64,000 nucleotides of DNA from a virus (lineage: Duplodnaviria; Caudoviricetes): the IMG/VR virus record IMGVR_UViG_2706795719_000001, positions 32,001-96,000 of that record. The stretch is one strand, 5' to 3'. This document shows positions 43,863 through 54,510 of this stretch, in pieces (positions within the stretch are counted from its first letter, which is position 1; every line of letters starts with the position of its first letter). Below the pieces are notes generated by a model. That model was not told the DNA's origin. It saw only the letters and a list, made by a program, of their open reading frames with translations, and ran no database searches. A program made the translations under genes and the position numbers.

Positions 43863-45782
43863 ATGGATTTAATTAAAAAACAAATAAACAGTATTCCTGA
43901 AGTATACACTTCAGCCACTTTTGACGAGATAAAAGCAGATTGGATTAATTGGCTTAGAGGCCAAGACGAATTTAAAGACTATGATTTTAAAGGCTCTAGA
44001 TTAAATATTTTATTAGATCTTTTAACATATAATGTGTTATATATCCAACAATTTAGTAATTCAGCCTTATATGAATCATTTATACGAACTGCTTCATTAA
44101 GGTCTTCAGTTGTACAAGCCGCTCAAGATATGGGGTATTTTCCATCATCTATGACCGCGGCAGAATGTTCTATCATGTTAGAATGTACACATAAATTAAA
44201 TCCACAAAGTATTAAAATTCCTAGAGGAACCAAATTTTTAGCATCATCCAAAGATGGCCCAACACAGCCATATAATTTTGTAGTTAAAGAAGATGTTAAT
44301 GTTGTTAAGAGTAAAGATGGTAAATACTACCCAATAATTAATTTAGTCCAGGGCCGCGTTGTTAGAACTGAATTGGAATATGACCCAGATCAACAAATTC
44401 TTATTCGTGATAAATTTATGGACAGGCACACTGTTAGAGTTATGGTTAACGGTGTAAAATGGGAAGACTGGACAGAAAAATCTATTGTTAATATTTCAGG
44501 AACAAGTCATGTATTCTATATGAGAGAAACAATAGATGAATATACAGAAATATTTTTTGGCGAAGGTCAAGCTGATTATTCTGTTGTGGATGGAAGCTTA
44601 CAAAGCCATTATATCGGTGGATTAAAACCCGTTGCTGGGAGTAATATTGTAATAGAATATATTAGAACCGATGGCGGAAAGGCTAATGGGTCTATTAACT
44701 TTAGTTATGCCGATACACTTCAGTATGTCTCTGTAGTCAATATTATAGAAAACTATGATGAATCTGCTGACTATATCGGTGCATTTGGTGGTGGCGATCC
44801 TGAAGATATAGAAAGAATAAGAGAACTTGGCCCAATTAAAAGAGAATCACAAAGACGATGTGTAACTGCAACAGACTATGAATCATTTATTTCTGAACGA
44901 TTTGGTCCTATTGTCCAAGCAATACAATGTTTTACAGATAGAGATAAACCAGGATATGCATTTATAGCAATTAAACCTAAAGAAGGATTAAGATTATCAT
45001 CTGTACAACGTGAAGATATCCAAAATTATCTTAAAGAATATAATATTTCTACCATTACACCAAGTGTAATGTCTCCGAACTACATGTTCTTAAAACATAA
45101 AGTTAAAGTGACTTATTCTATGAATAAACTTTCTGAATCAGAACAGTGGTTAAAAGGACAAATCATAGACCAAATAGATAAATATTATAAAGATGAAGTA
45201 GAAATATTTAATAAAAGTTTCCACAAATCAAAAATGTTAACTTACGTTGATGATGCAGATATTTCTATTTTAGGTTCTTCTGCAGAAATAACTATGGTCA
45301 GAGAATTGGAAAATTTCTTTAAGACTCCAATGGCTGGTGTCAAATATAATAATAAAATAGTCCCAAAAGGATTATTGAGTAATGTATTTGAATACACTGT
45401 TAATGATGATTTGTCTTATGGAGTTAGATTAGCTTCGACAGAACCTAAAGGTGATTTAAAAGAAGGTAAAATTGTTATAGGACCATTTAGACAAGGCGAC
45501 ATCAAAATTAGCCCTTATCTTGGAACAGATTTTGAAAAATTAAAAACATCTGACAATCGTAATAGTTATTTTGTTGTTGGTAAAATCATTCATGAAGAAG
45601 ATTATATTTATTGGGATCTTGGACAATTAAATGTCACAAGTGATAAATTTTTGGTCCCAAGTATAGAATTATATGGAACTCCAGGAGATTCTAATATCTT
45701 TACAAAAGATGGGTCACTTATTGTGTTTGAAAATAATTTAAGACCCGAATACACAGAAATTATTATGGAGCCTATAGCTTAA
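43863..45782 (+). CDS. 6: Baseplate wedge gp6
   Basis: EFKDYDF.GSRLN, ESFIRTA, QRRCVTATDY. Confidence 0.97.
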   Translation: MDLIKKQINSIPEVYTSATFDEIKADWINWLRGQDEFKDYDFKGSRLNILLDLLTYNVLYIQQFSNSALYESFIRTASLRSSVVQAAQDMGYFPSSMTAAECSIMLECTHKLNPQSIKIPRGTKFLASSKDGPTQPYNFVVKEDVNVVKSKDGKYYPIINLVQGRVVRTELEYDPDQQILIRDKFMDRHTVRVMVNGVKWEDWTEKSIVNISGTSHVFYMRETIDEYTEIFFGEGQADYSVVDGSLQSHYIGGLKPVAGSNIVIEYIRTDGGKANGSINFSYADTLQYVSVVNIIENYDESADYIGAFGGGDPEDIERIRELGPIKRESQRRCVTATDYESFISERFGPIVQAIQCFTDRDKPGYAFIAIKPKEGLRLSSVQREDIQNYLKEYNISTITPSVMSPNYMFLKHKVKVTYSMNKLSESEQWLKGQIIDQIDKYYKDEVEIFNKSFHKSKMLTYVDDADISILGSSAEITMVRELENFFKTPMAGVKYNNKIVPKGLLSNVFEYTVNDDLSYGVRLASTEPKGDLKEGKIVIGPFRQGDIKISPYLGTDFEKLKTSDNRNSYFVVGKIIHEEDYIYWDLGQLNVTSDKFLVPSIELYGTPGDSNIFTKDGSLIVFENNLRPEYTEIIMEPIA

Positions 45783-48700
45783 TGAAAGCACCTAAAGTTA
45801 CTAGTTTAAGAATAATAAAATTATCTGCTAACCAGGTTCATATTAAATGGGACCCTGTAGGTAGTAATTTTTATTATTTTGTGGAACTAGCAGAATCAAG
45901 AAACGACGGAACGAAAGTTCCGTTAGATAAACTACAATGGCAGAATCTAGGGTATAGTTCTGATAATGATAGATTCATTAGTATTGGAATAATCCCTAAT
46001 ACACATTATTTGATTAGAGTATCTGTTAGAGCAAAGGGGTTTGAACAATCAGATTGGGCATATACAGAAGAATTTTTGACATTTAAATCAAATGCATATT
46101 CTTTTGACCATATGAAAGAATTTACTTTATCTGAACAATTTATTAAAGAAAAATTTGTTAAAAATAACTCAAACTATATTAATTTTAATACTGACCAATT
46201 GTTAGCCTCTTTAATGACAGAAGATTTTCAATTCACACCTAAATATAATGATGTATCTCAAATTTCTAATAAAATATTAAAAGAAGCTAATTTTCATGAG
46301 ATACAAGGAACACCTGAAGGAATAACTAGAGTTTGTTCTGATATCAATAGAGTTATGCCTGCAGAAATGGATGGAGTTTTATATCTATTTGAAAGGTTCC
46401 AAAATGTTGTTAAAGTTTCTAATGATAAAGGGCAGACCTGGAAGTATTATAAAGCTCTAGATGATCGTGTAGGTAATCCTGTTTCTAAAACATGTATATA
46501 TCAATCAGATACAACTTCATACGTTCTAGGCTACGATAGAGTGTTTTATGGCCGTAGAAGTTCTGATGTTAGATGGTCTGATGATCAACATCGTTTTTCT
46601 GAAACAGATTTAACATTTGCAAAAATAGGAGATACTTTACATTTAGGGTTTGATGTCGAGGTTTTTGGCACATTATCATTTTTACCTGGTAACGTATCCA
46701 GATTTGCTGAAGCAATTGCATCCAATAACGATTTTTTATATGTTGCTGCTAAAAATAATTTAAGATTTTTAGACCTTCACAATGCAGATGTAGATATGGA
46801 TGAAGGTTCTATATCATATGGTAAAAAATTATTTGATGAAAAGTCTATAAAAATAACAGATAATGAAAATATCGTTGTTAAAAAAATGGATGTTCTTAAT
46901 GGAGAACTTTATATTTTAGTCACGGGTGAAGTCAAGAAATATTTTATGGACCCAACTAAACCTGAAAATGTTATAGATTCTAAAGATAAAGGCGTATATA
47001 AATTAGTAGATGATAAGCTGGTTCGTGTTTTTGGTAATACTGAAGAAGAACGTAGAAAAATAGAGCATGAATATACCAATATGTCAACTGATGGAAAAGA
47101 ACTTTTTATTAGCTATGCCAATTTTAAATATACCGAATATACAAAAGACGATAAACTAGAAAATGGTATCAAATATATAAAAACTGAAAGCGGACTTTCT
47201 GATAAACATTATCACATGGGTTCTATTAGAACTTCAGACGGTGAAACATGGAAACCATATTATATGAGTTATTACGCTGAGCCATGGTTTACTTGGATGA
47301 ATAGAACAAAAACTCGTGTATGGATTAATAATGATAATCGACCTGTTGTTATATACCCATCAAAAACATACACAAAAATAATCGATACCGTTGGTCCAAC
47401 AGGTGAAGACCGGGTTGTCAAAGAAGTTTGGGATAAAGGCCATGGAACCTTTTATTGTAAAAATATATTTTTTGAAGGATTTAAACAATATTCAGGTGGT
47501 GTATTAATCCATAAAAGTTCCGGCGAAATAGTAGGATATTACGAATATAATTACAGGGTTAGAGATAATGCTAAAATTATTTGGATTCCAAAATTAATAT
47601 GTTTACAGGCTACTTTACAAAACCAAGAACACCCAGAAATATGGGAACCAAAACACAACAAAGGCGAAAAAGATCCTGATTTAAGACCTTTACTAAATAC
47701 AATGATTCCAGATAGTTATCTATTACAAAACAGTAATTTTGAAAAGTTCTGTGAATATTACCTCCAATTTTTATCTGATGGTAAAAACACACATTACAAT
47801 AAATTACTAAATTTAATACGTAATAAGTACCCAAGAGAAACTGATTCTGTTGAATACTTGTGGTCTGAAATAAATAAGCGAAACATTTATTTAGACAAAG
47901 AAAAAAGAGATCAAGTTATTAGATTTTTTGAATCAAGAAAATCTGATTTTTATAGCACAAAAGGAACCGAAGCCAGTTATAAATTCTTGTTTAAACTTTT
48001 ATATAATGAAGATGTTGAAATAGAAATAGAATCTAATTCTGGGTTAGAATATGATATTGTAGTTTATTCTGATAATATCAATGAAGACATCGTCGGACGA
48101 ACAATATACACTCCTACCGGCCGTTGTAATGTCACATATATTGAAAGAGAATATGCCAAAGGAAAATTACAATGGCGTATGACTATTCATAATATGATTG
48201 GTCGTTTTTTAGTAGGGCAAAATATTCTAGGCGAAAGAAGTGATTTTAAAGGACAAATAATCCAAGGGATTAAAGGTAAAGAAATATTATCTAATAAAGA
48301 AGATCTTGCTAATAGGTCTAGAAGTTATTATGTAATGAAAATAAAGTCTAAACTTCCAACATCAAGATATTCTTCTGATGTACTAAGATTTGTCCACCCA
48401 GTAGGATTTGGATTTATTGGGATTACTTTATTAACAATGTTTATAAATTCTGGCTTGTCCCTTAAACATTCTGAAACCATTATCAATAAACTGATTACAT
48501 ATAGGTATGATTCTGGGTATCCTTCTATATGGCCTGATAGAGTTGCTATATTAAAAAATGATATTATAGAGCTCGATCCTATAACAGGAGAAGCGTTATA
48601 TACATTACATCCTAAAGCTGGTGAAGATTTTGATATTCCCGATGATTATGACAAAAATGAAGGCTTTATAGGACCAGAAAAACCATATACAAATATGGAA

Positions 48701-48889
48701 GAGTATTTAAAAAATGTTCCACCTTCTAAGAGAAGACATAAGTATAGTCCTTTATTTGATCAGTCTGGATTAACATATTCTATTTTTAGAGATATGACAA
48801 ATCTACTCATCCAAAGTGATAAATATAGATATAAAGATAATATTAACAATCCAAGGGACCCTGAAAAGCCTTCACAGGAGAAAGTATAA
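45782..48889 (+). CDS. 7: Baseplate wedge initiator gp7
   Basis: MKAPKVTSLRIIKLSANQV, FVHPVGFGF; 1035 aa. Confidence 0.97.
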   Translation: MKAPKVTSLRIIKLSANQVHIKWDPVGSNFYYFVELAESRNDGTKVPLDKLQWQNLGYSSDNDRFISIGIIPNTHYLIRVSVRAKGFEQSDWAYTEEFLTFKSNAYSFDHMKEFTLSEQFIKEKFVKNNSNYINFNTDQLLASLMTEDFQFTPKYNDVSQISNKILKEANFHEIQGTPEGITRVCSDINRVMPAEMDGVLYLFERFQNVVKVSNDKGQTWKYYKALDDRVGNPVSKTCIYQSDTTSYVLGYDRVFYGRRSSDVRWSDDQHRFSETDLTFAKIGDTLHLGFDVEVFGTLSFLPGNVSRFAEAIASNNDFLYVAAKNNLRFLDLHNADVDMDEGSISYGKKLFDEKSIKITDNENIVVKKMDVLNGELYILVTGEVKKYFMDPTKPENVIDSKDKGVYKLVDDKLVRVFGNTEEERRKIEHEYTNMSTDGKELFISYANFKYTEYTKDDKLENGIKYIKTESGLSDKHYHMGSIRTSDGETWKPYYMSYYAEPWFTWMNRTKTRVWINNDNRPVVIYPSKTYTKIIDTVGPTGEDRVVKEVWDKGHGTFYCKNIFFEGFKQYSGGVLIHKSSGEIVGYYEYNYRVRDNAKIIWIPKLICLQATLQNQEHPEIWEPKHNKGEKDPDLRPLLNTMIPDSYLLQNSNFEKFCEYYLQFLSDGKNTHYNKLLNLIRNKYPRETDSVEYLWSEINKRNIYLDKEKRDQVIRFFESRKSDFYSTKGTEASYKFLFKLLYNEDVEIEIESNSGLEYDIVVYSDNINEDIVGRTIYTPTGRCNVTYIEREYAKGKLQWRMTIHNMIGRFLVGQNILGERSDFKGQIIQGIKGKEILSNKEDLANRSRSYYVMKIKSKLPTSRYSSDVLRFVHPVGFGFIGITLLTMFINSGLSLKHSETIINKLITYRYDSGYPSIWPDRVAILKNDIIELDPITGEALYTLHPKAGEDFDIPDDYDKNEGFIGPEKPYTNMEEYLKNVPPSKRRHKYSPLFDQSGLTYSIFRDMTNLLIQSDKYRYKDNINNPRDPEKPSQEKV

Positions 48890-49896
48890 TGGATTCAGTA
48901 GAATTGTATAGATCGGTTGTTACATCTAAATTTAGAACCGGTAAATTATTAAGTTTTTATGACTCTATAGGTGATTCTGATTCTAAAACCACAATTTATG
49001 TTGGATTTGGACGTCAAGAACCATGGGCAGATAATGAAAAAGAGGTGGGTTTTGCCCCGCCTTATCCAATAGATGATGTATCAGGTGTTTCTGACATGTG
49101 GACACATATGATAGGTTTAATGAAAGTTGACAAGAGTTTAGTTGATGCCTTGATTCCACGTCGGGATTGGGGTGATTCAAGATACCCAAACCCGAGAACA
49201 TTTAATATTGGTGATATCGTAGTTACAAACTCGGCTCCTTATAACCAAACAGATATTGGTGATGGATGGAAAGTTTATAGAGTAGTAGATATTCCTAAAA
49301 CCGGTGTTTGTTCTATAAGTAATATTAAGAATAAAGACGAGTGTATTAAATTAGGTGGGACTTGGACACCATCATACGAATCTGTTTTTCCACCAAAAGG
49401 AAGAGGAGATGCAGAAAAAGGTGGATTAGTTGATATGGAAGATGGATATTTATGGGAATATTTATATACTATTCCACCTGATGTATCAATTAATAGATGT
49501 ACTAACGAATATATTGTTGTCCCTACACCAGATGAATTAGGGCAAGATCTAGAACGTTGGGGATATGAAGATAATTTATCATGGCAACAAAATGATAATA
49601 ATTTAGTGTATAGACTTAAAGTTGTGACTTTACGTTTTAGAGCTTTTATGGACTCTGTTTATTTTCCAGAAGCTTCTTGGCCTGGAAATAACGGGTTTAG
49701 ACAAATATGTGTTGTTATAAATCCATTAGAAAAGAAACAATGGCCCAATGACCCAAATGTAAAAGCAACTAAAAACTATTATCGTGTATCTCAAGTAGAA
49801 CGTAATTCTGGTGAAATGATATATCTAGAAAACAGACCACCTATAACAAGATCTATAGACCAAACAGAACTTGTGGATTTGGTTTTTAGTTTTTAA
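48889..49896 (+). CDS. 8: Baseplate wedge gp8
   Basis: YRSVVTSKFRT, PRRDWGD, NRCTNEYIVVP. Confidence 0.97.
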   Translation: MDSVELYRSVVTSKFRTGKLLSFYDSIGDSDSKTTIYVGFGRQEPWADNEKEVGFAPPYPIDDVSGVSDMWTHMIGLMKVDKSLVDALIPRRDWGDSRYPNPRTFNIGDIVVTNSAPYNQTDIGDGWKVYRVVDIPKTGVCSISNIKNKDECIKLGGTWTPSYESVFPPKGRGDAEKGGLVDMEDGYLWEYLYTIPPDVSINRCTNEYIVVPTPDELGQDLERWGYEDNLSWQQNDNNLVYRLKVVTLRFRAFMDSVYFPEASWPGNNGFRQICVVINPLEKKQWPNDPNVKATKNYYRVSQVERNSGEMIYLENRPPITRSIDQTELVDLVFSF

Positions 49897-49899
49897 ATT

Positions 49900-49931
49900 A
49901 AGGAGCCTAGTGCTCCTTTTTTGTATAAATA
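49900..49931 (+). terminator. Terminator after gene 8 followed by late promoter
   Basis: AAGGAGC-CTAGT-GCTCCTTTTTT, then TATAAATA at 49924-49931. Confidence 0.85.
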
Positions 49932-49954
49932 AGGATATATAACGAGGGCTCAAT

Positions 49955-50806
49955 ATGCAAGAATATAAAACACTTATTGACACTGGTATTAAAGGAAATT
50001 CTTCAACTGGGGATATTTTATACGACGGTGGCGAAAAACTAAATATCAATATGAACAATATCTATAATACTTTTGGCGATTATAGATTATTTGATGAAAC
50101 ACTTCAAGGCCAAGGAAAACAAAAACTCCATGGAACAGGGTATTATCAAAAACATACAAGAATGTATTATTTAGATACCCCTGAAGGAGTAGAAATGGGG
50201 TCTTTGCATGATGTTGACACTAGTACAGGCAAACTTGATATAAAACTTCCTGCCGCTAAATTGGGCGAAGGAATTGTCATTATCAATAGTAATGGGTCTT
50301 TAAGTAAAGATACACCGGTTATTTTATCTACATTTGGTTCAGATACTATTGCTGGGCATGGTGCTAGATTATCTTTAGAAATGCCAAAAACCAAAACAAC
50401 ACTATGGTGTACACGTCAAGACCAAGGTATAGGCGTATGGGAATATAAAATAGAATCCATGTTTGGTAATCACCAATTGGCCGTTGATTCTGATTTGATG
50501 TTAGACACTACTGAAAAAACTATAGAAATTGGTAACGTAGACCACTATAACACCATAAAATTGCTTCTTCACGGTGTATCCCAAAACCAAAAATCTTTTA
50601 AAAGCTCAGAGATGCTGATTTCTATTTTACATTCTGCCGGAGAAGTATATAAAACAGAATACGCTGTTTTAAAAAATAATGGCGATTTGTTTTCAATAGA
50701 TTTTGTTATAGAATCTGGTATTTTAAAAGCCAAAGTAAAATCATTATCAGGAAACGTAGCTTTTTCTATTAAATCTATTGGAACTATTAAGGTAGGAGCC
50801 GTATGA
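49955..50806 (+). CDS. 9: Baseplate gp9 (long tail fiber connector)
   Basis: STGDILYDGGEKLN, GYYQK. Confidence 0.95.
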   Translation: MQEYKTLIDTGIKGNSSTGDILYDGGEKLNINMNNIYNTFGDYRLFDETLQGQGKQKLHGTGYYQKHTRMYYLDTPEGVEMGSLHDVDTSTGKLDIKLPAAKLGEGIVIINSNGSLSKDTPVILSTFGSDTIAGHGARLSLEMPKTKTTLWCTRQDQGIGVWEYKIESMFGNHQLAVDSDLMLDTTEKTIEIGNVDHYNTIKLLLHGVSQNQKSFKSSEMLISILHSAGEVYKTEYAVLKNNGDLFSIDFVIESGILKAKVKSLSGNVAFSIKSIGTIKVGAV

Positions 50807-52538
50807 TACAAGTAATTAATATTGGTAATACCGTAGATGACGGAACTGGCGACTATTTACGTAAAGGTGGCCAAAAAACAAATGAAAACTTTAAAGAAAT
50901 ATACCATGAATTAGGTGATGATAAAATATTACATTCCGCCGGTGCTTGGAAAACATATACTGCTAAATCTGGAGCATTAACACCACAATTTGGTCAATCA
51001 TTAGCACTTAATACGTTAGAAGGCCCTATAAATGTAACATTGCCTAAAGGGTCGGTAGAAGATTATAACAAAGTTATTAGAATCCGAGACGTTTGGAATT
51101 CATGGGAAAAATCACCTGTTAATATTATAGCTTCAAAAGGTGATACTATAAAAGGATCTTCGGGTTCTAAGAAATTTGACAAGAACTTAATGGACTTAGA
51201 ATTAGTGTATTGTGCTCCCGGGCGATGGGAATATGTTGAAAATAAACGTGTAGACAGATTAACTAATCCTAATATGTCTACTGTAATTAAACGAAGTATT
51301 ATTGCTAAACAAGGGCAAAAAGATTTTTTAGATATTTTTAATGGTAATCTATATAATACACGAAACTTTGATGTATATCGTCGTGGTAATATTTTATATT
51401 ACGGTGATAATTCTTTTGATAAAGCTAATGCCGATTATGGTTCTCCAGATGGGGCTTCTAATATTAAAGCACTTGATGGCAAAAACGTTAGATTAAAAGA
51501 TGCATGTGAAGCCGGTGATGTAATTACGTTTATTTCATTTTTAGATGGGATTGATTCTTGGAAAAGTTCATATAATAGAAAAACTGTGACATTAGTTGAT
51601 AAAACTTTATCTTCTGAAACAACTATCCCAGGAAGATTAATTTCTGTAGACTTTACAAAATGGCCATTAGAAATTTCGATGAACGACTTCGGATTTTTTG
51701 ATGGAGAATCTGCGAATCCATATGCATTAGAAGTTTTAGTTAATGGGGTTCAATATACTCAATTAAATGATTCAAACACCCAGTCTATGTCTGGTGACTA
51801 TGAATTTAAAATGACAAATGGAAAAATAGAGGCTATTGTATTCCATTCAAGATTAAATCATAACGATAATATAGTTTTACGATGGTTTAATAACGATATA
51901 GGTACAACTCTTCCTATAGAAGAAATAACATCTATAACGGACCAAATGTACGTTGCATCAGAAACACTCAAAGTTTCAAATAGAATAGCATATACTGATA
52001 CAGATAATCCATCTCAAAAAACAAAGTAAAAGTTGACGATGATGGAGATTATAAAGTTAATAATGTATCTAAAATATTTGATTTATTCTATCCAATTGGA
52101 ACTATATATGAAAATGCCCATAATGCTGCTAATCCTGCGACATATATGGGTATAGGTACTTGGGTTAGATACGCTGAAGGTATGACAACTGTCGGTTGGA
52201 ATTCAGATTCAAATGATAAAAGCTTCCATTACAATAATTCTGATTTAAATGCCCAAGGTGTTCCTTCTAAAACTGCCGGTGGTAAAGTTGGTAAAGCTTT
52301 TGTTGCATTAGAAAAGGCTAATCTTCCTGGAACAGAAACAAATGAAGATGTATTAATTAAAGATAAAAATGGAACTATTATCATCGGTGGGTGCCAATTT
52401 GATCCAGATGATGAAGGTCCTGGCTATGACAAATACAGAGAAGATAAAGCAACAACAGGGACTCAATCCGATTTTGGCAGAGAATTTAGTTTAATACAGC
52501 CATCTATAACAACGTATAAATGGATAAGGGTAGCATAA
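50803..52538 (+). CDS. 10: Baseplate wedge gp10, interrupted by a frameshift near 52025
   Basis: VDDGTGDYLRKGG N-terminus; after stop at 52027-52029 the -1 frame continues FYPIGTIYEN..NPATYMG to WIRVA. Confidence 0.9.
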
Positions 52539-53158
52539 TGAAAAATAATAATGTATCACATTCATCACCTAATTCTAGTGAAATTTACTATTCTGTAGGT
52601 AATGATACTTTATCTGGTAATAGGGTTCCATTAGGAACCCAAGATACAAGACAATCAAGTTTAAATGTATATCAACCTAATGTGCAGGCAGCTCTAGATG
52701 ACTTTAAGGGAGCTTTTTTACCATTAAATGCATTAATCTACAACACAGATGGTGAAAACCCACAGGGCGCATCTCAAGTGGATTTTGTAGATTTTAGTGG
52801 AACCGTTGAAGGAACAGGCCCTGTTATAGTTCAAATATTTGGTATTCCATTACAAGTTACTGGCGGAAATACTGCATCTGAAGTTAGAGAAGCATTTGAA
52901 AATCTAGCCCAAGACCTAGTAGCTAAGAATCAATATTTTTCTTTTGTCCAAAAAGAATCCGAAACAAGATTAACAGTAAAGTATATTGATTATAGAGACC
53001 ACGATGCTATAAATACATATAGTAATGGTATTAATATATCAACAGAAATTCAATCACCTGCAAAATATGGATATGGGACATGGGTTAAATTAGGGGTTAA
53101 AAACGAAACCTTAGGAGATACAGAATTACCAGTCTACGTATTCAAAAGGATAGCATGA
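52538..53158 (+). CDS. 11: Baseplate wedge gp11
   Basis: YQPNVQAALDD, YGYGTW, FKRIA. Confidence 0.92.
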   Translation: MKNNNVSHSSPNSSEIYYSVGNDTLSGNRVPLGTQDTRQSSLNVYQPNVQAALDDFKGAFLPLNALIYNTDGENPQGASQVDFVDFSGTVEGTGPVIVQIFGIPLQVTGGNTASEVREAFENLAQDLVAKNQYFSFVQKESETRLTVKYIDYRDHDAINTYSNGINISTEIQSPAKYGYGTWVKLGVKNETLGDTELPVYVFKRIA

Positions 53159-54501
53159 TGCAAAATACATATAAACATATAAGTGACAGCTCATCATTTG
53201 TCACATTTAATCCAGTAGGAACCCAATGGGACCAATCAATTAAAGATGTTCAAACAGCTTTATCAAAGATTGGTTCTTGGGCTATGATAGGTAAGGGATT
53301 ACCTATTTCAACAGAAACATTAAATGGTATAATTAGAACCGCCACTAGAGATGAAGTTTTAAAAGGCCAAGGTTCAGGTGCAGTAACTCCGAAATATTTA
53401 GAAGAACGACTGGCTCATCCACAAGCAACTGAAACTGTTTTAGGATTAACAAAATATGCTAATAATTCTGAAACGCTAGCTGGAACCCTTAATAATAAGG
53501 CTGTTGTTCCAACTGGGTTAAAACATACTTTAGATTCCAGAACTTCAACTGAAGGAAGAACAGGTTTAATTAAAATTTCTTCTTTATCAGCCGCAGCACA
53601 AGGTGTTGATGACACAACGGCAATGACCCCTAAAAAAGTCAAACATGCAATTAATCAATTATCGCCGTCTTATGGCATAGCAACAGAAAAAAATAGTGGA
53701 ACTGTTAATATTGCTTCTTTAGGCCAAGTTGCTCAAGGACAAGCACATGATGGTATAGCTGTTTCTCCAAAAGGATTTATTTCTACTAGAGCTTCTGAAT
53801 CTCAAATTGGTACAACAAAAATAGCCACAGTGGCCCAAACAAAGGCCTTGTCTGATGCATCATTAGTGGTTTCTCCTAAAAACTTAGGACAATTAAAGGC
53901 ATCAGAGTCTGAATTTGGATTAGTTAAAACTACAACAACTATTGGTAATACAGGGGCTAATTTAGCATTAAGTCCAATGGCCCCAGTTGTTCCTACATCT
54001 AGGACAATAAACAACAAACCATTAACAGGGAATATTGTTTTAAATTCTGATGACGTTGGATCATATTCTAAATCTCAAGTATGGACTAAATCAGAATCAG
54101 ATGAGAGATATATGCCTAAAACAGATATTCCAAAACAGTCATTTTATACTTATTTTGATGCTTGGCAGTTAGAAGGCCACTATCCTATAGGCCGTGGTGG
54201 GTATTGGGCTGAATTAGGTAAAACACGATTACCTTTTGGTGAATATACACGTTTACAATTTAATATGACCATTAATAACACTAGGGATTTAAGACCTTTT
54301 GTAATGAAAATATATAAAAATGATGAAGTAATTAAAGAATATTCAAGATTCGTTGGATATCCAAATAATTACAGTTTTACAGATAGATTATTAATTAATG
54401 GCAAATTTAAAGCTGGGGATGTTATTAGGGCCGAAGCCACAGCCAATGGTGGTCCTAATTATTCGTATAATTTTAAAACATGGTACCTATTATTCACATA
54501 A
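53155..54501 (+). CDS. 12: Short tail fiber gp12
   Basis: NTYKHISD, DVQTAL, repeated ATE..G..A / AVTP motifs. Confidence 0.92.
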   Translation: MMQNTYKHISDSSSFVTFNPVGTQWDQSIKDVQTALSKIGSWAMIGKGLPISTETLNGIIRTATRDEVLKGQGSGAVTPKYLEERLAHPQATETVLGLTKYANNSETLAGTLNNKAVVPTGLKHTLDSRTSTEGRTGLIKISSLSAAAQGVDDTTAMTPKKVKHAINQLSPSYGIATEKNSGTVNIASLGQVAQGQAHDGIAVSPKGFISTRASESQIGTTKIATVAQTKALSDASLVVSPKNLGQLKASESEFGLVKTTTTIGNTGANLALSPMAPVVPTSRTINNKPLTGNIVLNSDDVGSYSKSQVWTKSESDERYMPKTDIPKQSFYTYFDAWQLEGHYPIGRGGYWAELGKTRLPFGEYTRLQFNMTINNTRDLRPFVMKIYKNDEVIKEYSRFVGYPNNYSFTDRLLINGKFKAGDVIRAEATANGGPNYSYNFKTWYLLFT

Positions 54502-54510
54502 GGAAATAGA

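Noticed and set aside
29768-49918. Identical 19-bp hairpin (GGAGC-CTAGT-GCTCC) at 29768 and 49900 sharing the GGAGC stem with the repeat-locus hairpins
   Set aside because: Five-nt loop, long U-tracts and gene-end positions make them ordinary terminators; no AT-rich repeat alongside
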